A stretch of 32,000 bases of DNA from Vibrio cholerae ATCC 14035 (GTDB lineage: Bacteria > Pseudomonadota > Gammaproteobacteria > Enterobacterales > Vibrionaceae). The translations under genes and the position numbers were made by a program. A model generated the notes under the pieces. It made no database searches. It saw nothing but the letters and a program-made list of their open reading frames with translations, and was not told where the DNA came from. Location of the stretch: positions 58,921-90,920 of the forward strand of contig NZ_KK211324.1 in NCBI RefSeq assembly GCF_000621645.1, read 5' to 3'. Each line of letters starts with the position of its first letter. Positions within the stretch are counted from its first letter, which is position 1. This document shows, in pieces, positions 17,327 through 25,810 of the stretch.

Positions 17327-18187
17327 TTATGATACATATTTAAAACAGATATTCCCATTAATATCCTGCGTTGCTTTATTAAACTCAGGATGTTCAGCGG
17401 ATGATAATGGATGAATAAAATATGCCTTACTTCCGAATTTTGAGTTTATTATGTTAAAAATCTCATCAAAAGTTCTATTAGACCTCTGTATATGACCCAT
17501 TGCAAATTCAAAGCAAATATAATATTCAATTCCATTATGCTTTTCTGTGAATTCGTAAATCTGGTTTAATATCTCTATTTCTGCGCCTTCAGCATCAATT
17601 TTTATAACTACAGAGTTAGTAGGCGATATATCTAAACTACTTAACTTTCTAACCAGAACTTGGCTATTTTTAACCTTATCTGCTATGTCTGTATTTTTTT
17701 TAAAATATAATGATGACACCCTATTATCAAACTCATAAACTTCGAAAATATTTTCCCCTTCATTCTCACCTATTGCACAGCCAAAATGATGAAACTCAAC
17801 TAGTGGATTATTTAATTGAACATTCATCCTAATACTATTTTCCATTTCTGTGAGTGGTTCTATCGCTATAATTTTTCCTTGGTGTATATGACGAGCAGCG
17901 ATTCCACAGAAAGTTCCAACGTTTGCACCGATATCAATATAAGTGGTGTCATGCTTACAATGATTAACAATCCAGTGACGCATACCTAAATCAAAGTTTG
18001 GGTTTTTGTAGCTTAAAGCATGGTTCAACTGCACTCTGGGAAAACAATGCAATCCAAATTCGCTTTCAAGAATTAAAAACTCTCCATTGTAAATGAAGTT
18101 TCGATTATCATGAACAGACTTTGACTGAATAGCATCAAGCTCTGTTTTAATTAATTTTTGTACATAGTTTTTTATTAGATGTTTCAT
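17327..18187 (-). CDS. rfbT: FkbM-family SAM-dependent methyltransferase RfbT (Ogawa-determining O-antigen methylase)
   Basis: 286 aa from ATG 18187 (GAGG 5 nt upstream): MKHLIKNYVQKLIKTELD...YIDIGANVGTF (SAM-binding motif)...NGNICFKYVS. The frame is uninterrupted. The 14-codon upstream extension in the track is unlikely to be real. Confidence 0.9.
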   Translation of the reverse strand: MKHLIKNYVQKLIKTELDAIQSKSVHDNRNFIYNGEFLILESEFGLHCFPRVQLNHALSYKNPNFDLGMRHWIVNHCKHDTTYIDIGANVGTFCGIAARHIHQGKIIAIEPLTEMENSIRMNVQLNNPLVEFHHFGCAIGENEGENIFEVYEFDNRVSSLYFKKNTDIADKVKNSQVLVRKLSSLDISPTNSVVIKIDAEGAEIEILNQIYEFTEKHNGIEYYICFEFAMGHIQRSNRTFDEIFNIINSKFGSKAYFIHPLSSAEHPEFNKATQDINGNICFKYVS

Positions 18188-18364
18188 TACTACCTCAATT
18201 TTAAATAATATTAGCGTAAAAAATAACATACAGAATCAACTTGCAGATGCAGGTTTGAGGACCTGAAAGGGCATTGTTGACCAATAATGGATTTGCCATT
18301 TTATTGACATTTAGAAGGAATTTCATCCAAAGCCTTTAGCACGGAAACCGCATGAACATCACCG

Positions 18365-19484
18365 TCACGTAAGGCTTTCAAGAACCTTACTTAGGTACTT
18401 TTCGTTCATTGCGCAGTTCATCCGTTTACGTTTGATACCACCTTTAAACGTGGGTTCGCTCTTTAATAGGTTCAAACATATCTGCCTGATCCTTGCAAAG
18501 GCCTCTGCTCGATCGTCCGCTCTAATGCGTGAATTGTCCTCACAAAATGCGGTATCAAGTGACCAATCCATGACCTCTACCCCCTAGTGAGAACAAGTCG
18601 CTTCAAGTAACGTTTGAGCTTCCAATTCTTTAGAGCATATGTAGTAACGAATACTCACATCTTGCTCTGTTGCGACTGCCGATTCTTGTCGAATTGAAGC
18701 CACGGTGCCCATTGATTTAAGCTCAGGCCATTCATGTTCAATATCACCCAAAACCGACAAATCGCGATTCACTAAAGCCACTCTCGTTTCTATTCTTCCG
18801 TGACTTTTTTCTTGTGTACTATAAGAACTACCGTCGAAGTCGTGAAGCATGTCCATTCGAAGATAATCATCAAAGGCTTGCTCAAGCATTCCCTGATTAC
18901 CTTTGACCGCCAATAAATAATCCGCTTCTTTATCAAGAATTTTCTGTGCTATTTTCTTTTGGCAGCCCATTGCATCAATCGTAATCAAGCACATCTAGTA
19001 AGTCAAGTAGCTTGGGGATCGCGGTAATCTCGTTGCTCTTAGAATCAACCTTCAGTTGCCCAATGCTCATTCCATTTGCTGTAGCAAGAGCGTTCACCAT
19101 GTGGATTGTTCCTTTGCCTTTCGAGCGGTCATAAGAGCCGCGTAATGTTTCACCGTCGATGGCAATAACTTCACCATCCGTTAGTGTATGGCAGTCCTTC
19201 ATCCAGGTAATGAAGCTTCTTTGCAAAGCTACAGGATTAATCATACCCATCACACGAGAAAGCGTATCCGCAGAAGGCATTCCAGCTTAAAAGTGACCAT
19301 ATCGTTTAAGGAAATCTAAGCGAGCATGACCAAAATCGATAATGCCATCCCAGCCATCGTGACCCGACAAAACACCACATATTGTCAGCAAAATAATGTC
19401 TGATAATTTGTGTTCTACTTTGCTTTCTTGTCGATAGTCTTTAATGATTTGGAAATGCATAAATGGGTTGATTGACTCGCTCAT
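18365..19484 (-). pseudogene. ISAs1-family transposase pseudogene (historical rfbQRS)
   Basis: Fragments 19484-19287, 19280-18975, 18994-18584 and 18571-18365. There is an in-frame TAA after ...FLKRYGHF, where homologues have E. A frameshift lies near 18975-18994 (..LLDLLDV / LITIDAMGCQ). An in-frame TAG follows ..ATCSH, where homologues have W. Confidence 0.9.
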
Positions 19485-19490
19485 ATTTAG

Positions 19491-19511
19491 GCTCCTATAT
19501 TGTCTAGGAGC
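19491..19511 (-). promoter_or_regulatory. Possible SD-sequestering hairpin upstream of the transposase start
   Basis: GCTCCT (19491-19496) pairs with AGGAGC (19506-19511). On the minus strand the 3' arm contains the AGGAG Shine-Dalgarno located 7 nt before ATG 19484. Confidence 0.3.
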
Positions 19512-19871
19512 TATTACAAAACAACAGAAATGATCTACAAGGCGATCTTAAATTTCATCGGATTACATCTAAAAACTGAGATTAATGAAGCATTGGTAAC
19601 TTATTCTAAGCATCACCGCAGCCCTTATATATCAACGACCTTCATGCGGTTTCCCTGGGTGTCCAAACGATATGATATTTGCAACGCCAATAGACGTGTG
19701 ATGAACTTCTGTAGTCGCCCATGTTATTTGAATCCTCTTACTTATGGTGAATAAGAGTTTGTCTTCTAACATGGGCGCATTTTCGGGAAAAATGCCCCTA
19801 GGAACAATCACCACCGCTAAAAGCGGTGGTTTAGGGATGACAATAAAAATCAAGTATCTTCTGATACTTTT

Positions 19872-20438
19872 CTACAAAATAAGTTTCTTTTCAAGCTCCA
19901 ATGGTTTACGGGCCTTTCTGATAAATTTCTGTATTGGATTACCAGAATATATATGCCAATCATCCAAAGACTTATTCACCAACGATAATGCTCCAACTGA
20001 AACACCTTCTCCCACAATGACTTTAGGTAAAACAACACATCCAGCCCCAAGTATTGAGTGCTTTTTGATCAAAACTGGGAGTGACGTAACTTTCGTAAGC
20101 TCTTCTGGAACAGTTGGGTTACTCATAGCCATTCCGGTGTAGTCATCAGAGGAAGAGTAAATAGATACTCTTCCTGATACACCTACAAAATCTTCTAGGG
20201 TTATTTTTCCAGCGCCTATCAAGCTGCTGTATACTCCAATATGTACGTGAGAGCCAATTTCGACGCCGCCGACACCTGCTGATATCGTGACATAATCATC
20301 AATTCTAACGTTTGAACCTATAGAAATTCGACTGATGCCATAAAGTGAAGCCTTTTCAGAAATTTTTACATTCTTTCCTAAAGAAGAAAAACCCATTTGT
20401 TTCAATACATCTTCACTGTAGTAACCGTTACCGCTCAT
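19872..20438 (-). CDS. rfbO: Hexapeptide-repeat (left-handed beta-helix) acyltransferase, tetronate module
   Basis: 188 aa with repeated [LIV]-G-x4 turns (ISIGSNVRIDDYVTISAGVGGVEIGSHVHIGVYSSLIGAGKITLEDFVGVSGRVSIY). ATG 20438 has AGGGTG upstream. Confidence 0.85.
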   Translation of the reverse strand: MSGNGYYSEDVLKQMGFSSLGKNVKISEKASLYGISRISIGSNVRIDDYVTISAGVGGVEIGSHVHIGVYSSLIGAGKITLEDFVGVSGRVSIYSSSDDYTGMAMSNPTVPEELTKVTSLPVLIKKHSILGAGCVVLPKVIVGEGVSVGALSLVNKSLDDWHIYSGNPIQKFIRKARKPLELEKKLIL

Positions 20439-20507
20439 AATTACACCCTAAGTTTGGAACATCGACTTATTGAAACGAATTTTTCTTGAGTCTATTCTGT
20501 TGAGAAC

Positions 20508-22985
20508 TCACAGCGGTCCTCCTAGAGTTACCCAACGAACCATTCTATCTAGCGCTACAACCCCATCCCATGGGGAATCAAAATGGGTCATGTAGCCGAC
20601 ATCTGGACATCGCATCGCACCTTTTAACATTATCTCGTTAGCAAAACGAAGACGCTTTTCACCATTCATCGCCAACCCGACCGTTTGGATATCTTCATGT
20701 ACACTGTCGACTACATCAAATACATTATCAACTGCTTTTACTGTAATAACACGTTGATATGTCGGCTCAACAAGCTCTATCCCTTCATCAAACAACACCG
20801 TCCAACGTAAGTGCTTGTCATGCCAATATTCGCCAATAAATGCATATTCCGCTATCTTTGAGCGAATCTTATTTGCTTGCCCAATGTCTGGTACTTGAGT
20901 TGGTAAGCGTACAAGAGCCTTATCCATTGCTGAGGCAAGCTTCTCTGCAAACTCTTTAGGTGTTATTAGACCGCCCTTCTCAACAAAAATGGTGTGCGGA
21001 GAAGCGCAAGCAAACTGATCGAACACACTAGAGTCAGTTGCAGCCCGACGAATCAACTTTCTGATTGCCTTGTCAGAGTCTAGAGCATCGCTGCCAACAA
21101 CCATCATAGAAAGCTTAGGTCCAAAGAGGATATCTTGACTATTATATTTCTTTGGAAGGCCACTTACAGACTCGATTGCCTCTCGTCCCCCCCAAGCTAT
21201 ACGCACATCAGCATTGGCCGAAAACTTCTCTGCAATTTTAGTTTGGTGTCGATCAAAATATACAACAGCGAGAGTCCCTAATAAGTCATCACCGTGGATA
21301 GTGTAACCACCTGGGGTAGTGTAGCTAAGGCCTTTAAAAGTCGCCAATAATACTGGCAAAGCTTGCGATTCGCTTGCTGAAACTTTCAGAATGTTGGCAT
21401 TTTTACTTAAAATACTCTGTACCAGCGCAAACATGCCGAGTAACGGTACGTTACCCGACAGCCAGTGAGATACGATACCTCTTGGCATTGCTTTTTGAGA
21501 GCTATGGCTAATATCTTTACGAGGTAAAAAATTATCCAAAAAAGCTCGCTGACCATTCAATGCTGAATCAAGCAGGTTTTTCAAACGATTGGGTTCACAC
21601 CAATCAGCTAGGAAGTTCAATCCAGTATGTCGATAAGGGTCAAGCTCCGGCGTACTCGACCAGCTTTTGCGCGCTTCATTGATTAAACCAAGAATAGCTT
21701 CTAATGGTTGGTTAGCCAGCCATTTTTGCTTCCTCTTTAAAGAACAAAAGATTTGATCAAGCTGCTGAGATGCGGACATAGTATCATCGAGAAATATCGG
21801 TGAGTGGTAGATAGTCAACCTCTCTTCTTGTTGAGAAAGTGGCTTATACGATGGCTTTTTAGTCAATTTCTCAGACATAACATCACCACAGCCTCTTACT
21901 TCTGCTTTTTTTGCTCGTCCAATGACTTTGAATCTTTTTCCAGCTTTACCACACTCACAAAGACTTTCTTCAATCACACCAAGGTCATCTGTAAGTACAA
22001 CATTCCCCGGATATGAATGCGGTAGTGGGCTTACAAACTCAAGTAAGCCTACTTTACCTGGCCCACACACTTCTAGGTTCGATTCATCACGAATAATTAC
22101 GTCAGAATAGGCATGAATATGTTTCCATCCTGCTTTACAATCTGGGTAATTAAGCCCCATCTGTTCAGTGAAACCATAGATATCCACAACATCATCAGGA
22201 GAAATACCCAATACTGAGGCGATATCTCGATTAAAGGTAATTTTATCCACCTTCTCTGACTCAAGTTTTTTCCAACCACCAATATGAATAACCTGAGAAC
22301 CTTTAGGCAATTGAAACGAGATCCCCTTGTCTTTAAGGGTCTTAAAAACCGTGTGATAAAGTACAAACGTGAATCCAAAAATTATGAGCGGCTCTTCACT
22401 CGCAAGTGAATTCAGATGTTCAACAAACTTTTGCTCCAGAAATTCAAGTGGAGCACTTGGGCTATCAGCATCTATAAAATACTTCGATGTTGAGGCGAAG
22501 TTTAGGTAACCTTTTACCGCCGCAATACGAGCCCCAAGGTTAGTGGCATTTGGGCTTGTCGGATCAATATCCATAATGCAAAACGGGCGACGTTTAGGCC
22601 CCAACACCTCCTGCATAACTCTTGCCATTGCTCGAGTCTGTCGACGAGCGGTTACCTTATCTAACAATATGGTACTGGGTACGCCACTGGTAGCAGAAGA
22701 TTGAAGCTTCGCTTTTATCGTATCATCGCTTACCGAAGATAATTTATGTCCTATTGCTTTGAAGATGTGCACAGGTATGGGTGGAATATCTGCAACCTCA
22801 CCATCAAATACCAAAGGGTCAAATTTGTTTTTTTGACAAAATTTGCGATACATCTCGTTGCATTGATAATGATGTACTAACTCTGCAAGTAAGTTCGCTT
22901 TAAATAGTGGAGATTTTTGCTCTTCTGATAATTCAAAAGGGCGAGCATCAAGTACACTGGTCAGATTTTCGTTATTTACAGGCAT
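20508..22985 (-). CDS. rfbN: Fusion protein: N-terminal LuxE-like acyl-protein synthetase (adenylate-forming) plus C-terminal LuxC-like acyl-thioester reductase
   Basis: 825 aa in a single uninterrupted frame. The linker is roughly at KLTKKPSYKPLSQQEERL (about nt 21800-21880). The C-terminal half carries FDQFACASPHTIFV, which resembles the LuxC/aldehyde dehydrogenase-type catalytic Cys region. The domain calls are from memory of the RfbN description, not from an HMM run. Confidence 0.8.
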   Translation of the reverse strand: MPVNNENLTSVLDARPFELSEEQKSPLFKANLLAELVHHYQCNEMYRKFCQKNKFDPLVFDGEVADIPPIPVHIFKAIGHKLSSVSDDTIKAKLQSSATSGVPSTILLDKVTARRQTRAMARVMQEVLGPKRRPFCIMDIDPTSPNATNLGARIAAVKGYLNFASTSKYFIDADSPSAPLEFLEQKFVEHLNSLASEEPLIIFGFTFVLYHTVFKTLKDKGISFQLPKGSQVIHIGGWKKLESEKVDKITFNRDIASVLGISPDDVVDIYGFTEQMGLNYPDCKAGWKHIHAYSDVIIRDESNLEVCGPGKVGLLEFVSPLPHSYPGNVVLTDDLGVIEESLCECGKAGKRFKVIGRAKKAEVRGCGDVMSEKLTKKPSYKPLSQQEERLTIYHSPIFLDDTMSASQQLDQIFCSLKRKQKWLANQPLEAILGLINEARKSWSSTPELDPYRHTGLNFLADWCEPNRLKNLLDSALNGQRAFLDNFLPRKDISHSSQKAMPRGIVSHWLSGNVPLLGMFALVQSILSKNANILKVSASESQALPVLLATFKGLSYTTPGGYTIHGDDLLGTLAVVYFDRHQTKIAEKFSANADVRIAWGGREAIESVSGLPKKYNSQDILFGPKLSMMVVGSDALDSDKAIRKLIRRAATDSSVFDQFACASPHTIFVEKGGLITPKEFAEKLASAMDKALVRLPTQVPDIGQANKIRSKIAEYAFIGEYWHDKHLRWTVLFDEGIELVEPTYQRVITVKAVDNVFDVVDSVHEDIQTVGLAMNGEKRLRFANEIMLKGAMRCPDVGYMTHFDSPWDGVVALDRMVRWVTLGGPL

Positions 22986-24100
22986 TGCTTCACAATCTCT
23001 TTCACATCGTTTTCTGTAAATCGAACAGGATTTGACTTAGCAGCAGGGTCAAGTAAAGCATTTTCAGCGATCGTTGTCAGCTGTTGTTCTGAAAAATGCA
23101 TATCAGTTTTCTGTTCTCCTACCAATACTTCAAAAAGTTCTAATAATGCTTCTTTATTAGGTAACCCGGATTTATAGATCAATTGTTCATACTTAGTTGC
23201 AGCTGTATGTTCGCGGTAATTAAAGTTGATCACCGCAGGCATTAATAAACCGTTCGCCAATCCGTGGCCTATATTAAACGTACCTAGCTGGTGAGCAATG
23301 GCATGTGAAAGACCAACTATGCAATGATTTTGAACCCACCCTGCAAACATAGCAGCTTGTTGCAGTTCAGAAAGCATTTCGCTGCTCCAATTATCATTGG
23401 AAAATTGATGTCGATAGCGGTAGATTATTGATACCGCCTGCTCAGCAAAAGTATTCATCAAAGGGTTATCAATCAAAGAGACATAACCTTCAATGGCGTG
23501 AGAGAGAGCATCGGCCACAGTTGTTTTCAATACCTTAGGTGGAACTTCTGAAACCAAGTCAGGATCAAGGATCACTAAGTCTGGTAAAAAATCATGAGTG
23601 ACAACTGCCTTTTTGCTGTTTGTAACACTATCAAGCATGACAGCAGCGGATGAAACTTCAGAGCCAGCCCCTACCGTTGTTGGTATTGCAGCAAATTTTG
23701 CGCGACCACGAAGGGATGGCAATGCAAATGGTCGATATAGAAGTTCTGATTCAAGAGTTGGGCATTCGTAGAATAACCAAGCGAGCTTAGCTCCATCAAT
23801 GATAGAACCGCCGCCAAGTGCAAGAATATAGTCTGGCTTAAAATCTTCAAGCTCTCCAATAACTCCAGAAAGTTCCTCTACACTTGGTTCTCCTTGCCAA
23901 GAGCGCTCTATCACCCGGACACTTTGTGCGTTAATAAGGCGAACGACTTGTTCAAAGTACTGAGAACTCCCAAAGGAAGGGCTAATAATAAGTGCAGCTC
24001 GGTTAGCTACTAAACCTTTTAACGCCATTCGGGCATTCCTGCCATTAGCGATTTCTCGGGCGTTACGGAATACAGGTAGTGGGAAACGTAGTTTTAGCAT
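22976..24100 (-). CDS. rfbM: Iron-containing (group III) alcohol dehydrogenase
   Basis: 374 aa with GGGSIIDGAKL (NAD-binding) and metal-ligand histidine regions (ADALSHAIEGY, GLSHAIAHQLG...HGLANG). Its stop overlaps the rfbN start by 10 nt (caATGcctgTAA). Confidence 0.88.
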   Translation of the reverse strand: MLKLRFPLPVFRNAREIANGRNARMALKGLVANRAALIISPSFGSSQYFEQVVRLINAQSVRVIERSWQGEPSVEELSGVIGELEDFKPDYILALGGGSIIDGAKLAWLFYECPTLESELLYRPFALPSLRGRAKFAAIPTTVGAGSEVSSAAVMLDSVTNSKKAVVTHDFLPDLVILDPDLVSEVPPKVLKTTVADALSHAIEGYVSLIDNPLMNTFAEQAVSIIYRYRHQFSNDNWSSEMLSELQQAAMFAGWVQNHCIVGLSHAIAHQLGTFNIGHGLANGLLMPAVINFNYREHTAATKYEQLIYKSGLPNKEALLELFEVLVGEQKTDMHFSEQQLTTIAENALLDPAAKSNPVRFTENDVKEIVKQCL

Positions 24101-24108
24101 GAATGTTC

Positions 24109-25524
24109 CTATTCAGAAGACAGTTTGTATCTTTGCACTTTCCCTGAAACGGTCTTTGGCAAAGCACTGACTATACTATATTTTTTAGGCCTCATATGCA
24201 TCGGCAACTGGCCATTTATGGTCTCTTTTATATTTGAAATTACATTTTCGCAATCCCAACCAGATTTTACAACAATATAGGCTTGAACCACTTCACCCAT
24301 ATTGGCATCTGATAAAGCAGCGCATGCACATTCTTGAACACCTAGAGCTTCGGATAATACTTTCTCCACCTGATCAGGGCTTACTTTTTTGCCGCCAACG
24401 TTAATTATTTCTTTTAAGCGGCCTGTTAAAAATAGGTAGTCCCCAACAACACGGCCTAAATCACCTGTTTTAAAGTAACCTTCTACAAAACAATCTGACG
24501 TTAATTGGCTGTTCTCAAAATAGCCATCCAACATCCATGGTGCTTTAAAAACGATTTCACCCTCTTCTCCTTCAATTACTTCCGCTCCTTTATTATCGAT
24601 GATCTTAAAATCAGCTCCGCGATATCTATGACCAACCGCGTTGATATCATCATTATGAAAATCAATGAAAGTTGCTCGAGACACTTCCGTTAAGCCATAG
24701 TGCATAACTACATTAGTGTTTGGAAACCACTCTGCGACCTGCTTTTTATCCTCGAAAGGGAAGTGTGCACTTCCGAACTCTATAAAATTTAGCTGTTCTG
24801 AATACTTACGTATGAGGTCTTTGGTCATTAAAGTAATATATGACCAAGCCGAAGGAACGAGACCTAGCCCTGTAACTTTGTAAAACTCTATAGCTTTGAA
24901 TACCGACTTTAATTGCTTAAAAGAGCAGCCAACTACGATAGCACCACCTGCAAATAAACTAGTCCTCATTCTAGCCATAGCAAATGAGTGGCTTAGTGGC
25001 ATTAACAAAAGCTCAACATCTTCATTGGTATTTTTTACATGAGATATAATGTGTTCAGTTGCTAACACTAAACTTTTATGGCTTAACAAAACTCCCTTCG
25101 GCTCACCAGTAGTACCACTCGTGAACATAATATCTGCGATCCCCCTCGCCTGAGGGGGAAATATATTATCAAATGTATAACTATCTATGTTTCTAATAAA
25201 ATCCTGGCTTTTTTCAATAAATAGTTTTGGATTTACTTTATCTTCAATAAAAGACACGTAGCTTACGTCTGAGTCAGGAGCAACATTAACAAATTTAGCA
25301 CCGACATAGTGAATAGAAAAATAAAGCAGTATGAAACTATAGCTATTATTAGATCTTACAAGTACAGCATCCTCAGATGTTACACCTAAGGATACTAACT
25401 TGGCAGCGGTTTTTTTTATATCCGAAGCAAGATTTTCATAACTAATTGTTCGATCATTTTCATAGACCGCTATACAATCCGGTCTTGACTCGGAATGGTT
25501 AAATATTCTCTCAACCACAGACAT
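24109..25524 (-). CDS. rfbL: AMP-dependent ligase (adenylate-forming, ANL superfamily)
   Basis: 471 aa with the A3 motif MFTSGTTGEPKG, YGLTE, FKTGDLG and the C-terminal GKVQR lysine motif. It starts 5 nt after the ACP gene stop. Confidence 0.9.
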   Translation of the reverse strand: MSVVERIFNHSESRPDCIAVYENDRTISYENLASDIKKTAAKLVSLGVTSEDAVLVRSNNSYSFILLYFSIHYVGAKFVNVAPDSDVSYVSFIEDKVNPKLFIEKSQDFIRNIDSYTFDNIFPPQARGIADIMFTSGTTGEPKGVLLSHKSLVLATEHIISHVKNTNEDVELLLMPLSHSFAMARMRTSLFAGGAIVVGCSFKQLKSVFKAIEFYKVTGLGLVPSAWSYITLMTKDLIRKYSEQLNFIEFGSAHFPFEDKKQVAEWFPNTNVVMHYGLTEVSRATFIDFHNDDINAVGHRYRGADFKIIDNKGAEVIEGEEGEIVFKAPWMLDGYFENSQLTSDCFVEGYFKTGDLGRVVGDYLFLTGRLKEIINVGGKKVSPDQVEKVLSEALGVQECACAALSDANMGEVVQAYIVVKSGWDCENVISNIKETINGQLPMHMRPKKYSIVSALPKTVSGKVQRYKLSSE

Positions 25525-25529
25525 AATAT

Positions 25530-25772
25530 TTACTCGTTATTAATTACAGCATCGATAATATCTTCAACATCTTCTATTTCAAGAACTTGTTCGATATCCA
25601 AAACTACTCCCAAATCCGATTCAAGAGCCGCAATTATTCTCATGTGAGCTAACGAGTCCCATTCAGGGATATCACCAACGGCAAGTTCTTTATTAATAAT
25701 ACCAATTTCTACTTCAAGAATTCCTGCAATAAGATTGATAATTTTTTCTTCAGAGATAGACATATAAACCAT
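25530..25772 (-). CDS. rfbK: Acyl carrier protein
   Basis: 77-80 aa (ATG 25772 or 25763), acidic, with the phosphopantetheine attachment motif GDIPEWDSLAHMRII (DSL). Confidence 0.85.
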   Translation of the reverse strand: MVYMSISEEKIINLIAGILEVEIGIINKELAVGDIPEWDSLAHMRIIAALESDLGVVLDIEQVLEIEDVEDIIDAVINNE

Positions 25773-25810
25773 CCAATATAGTTAAAAGATTGTATTTTTT
25801 ATCTAGTTGA

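Larger units (their letters stand above)
18340..19657 (-). mobile_element. IS1358-like ISAs1-family insertion sequence (about 1.3 kb), transposase inactivated
   Basis: Terminal inverted repeats are cacGGAAACCGCATGAA (18340-18356) and TTCATGCGGTTTCCctg (19641-19657), matching 16 of 17. They enclose four collinear ORF fragments that together align with E. coli H-repeat/ISAs1 transposase (YhhI-like). Confidence 0.9.

Noticed and set aside
18326-19669. TCCAAA motifs on both sides of IS1358 as a possible target-site duplication.
   Set aside because: The two copies sit at different distances from the inverted-repeat ends (7-14 nt on one side versus 5 nt on the other) and diverge after 6 nt. This is not a credible flanking duplication.
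19632-19853. A 73-aa minus-strand ORF between rfbO and IS1358 that crosses the IS terminal repeat (possibly the historical 'rfbP', or a gene truncated by the IS).
   Set aside because: It starts at TTG with no Shine-Dalgarno sequence. Mentally excising the IS restores only about 70 codons before a stop. No recognisable motif is present. The evidence for a real gene is insufficient.
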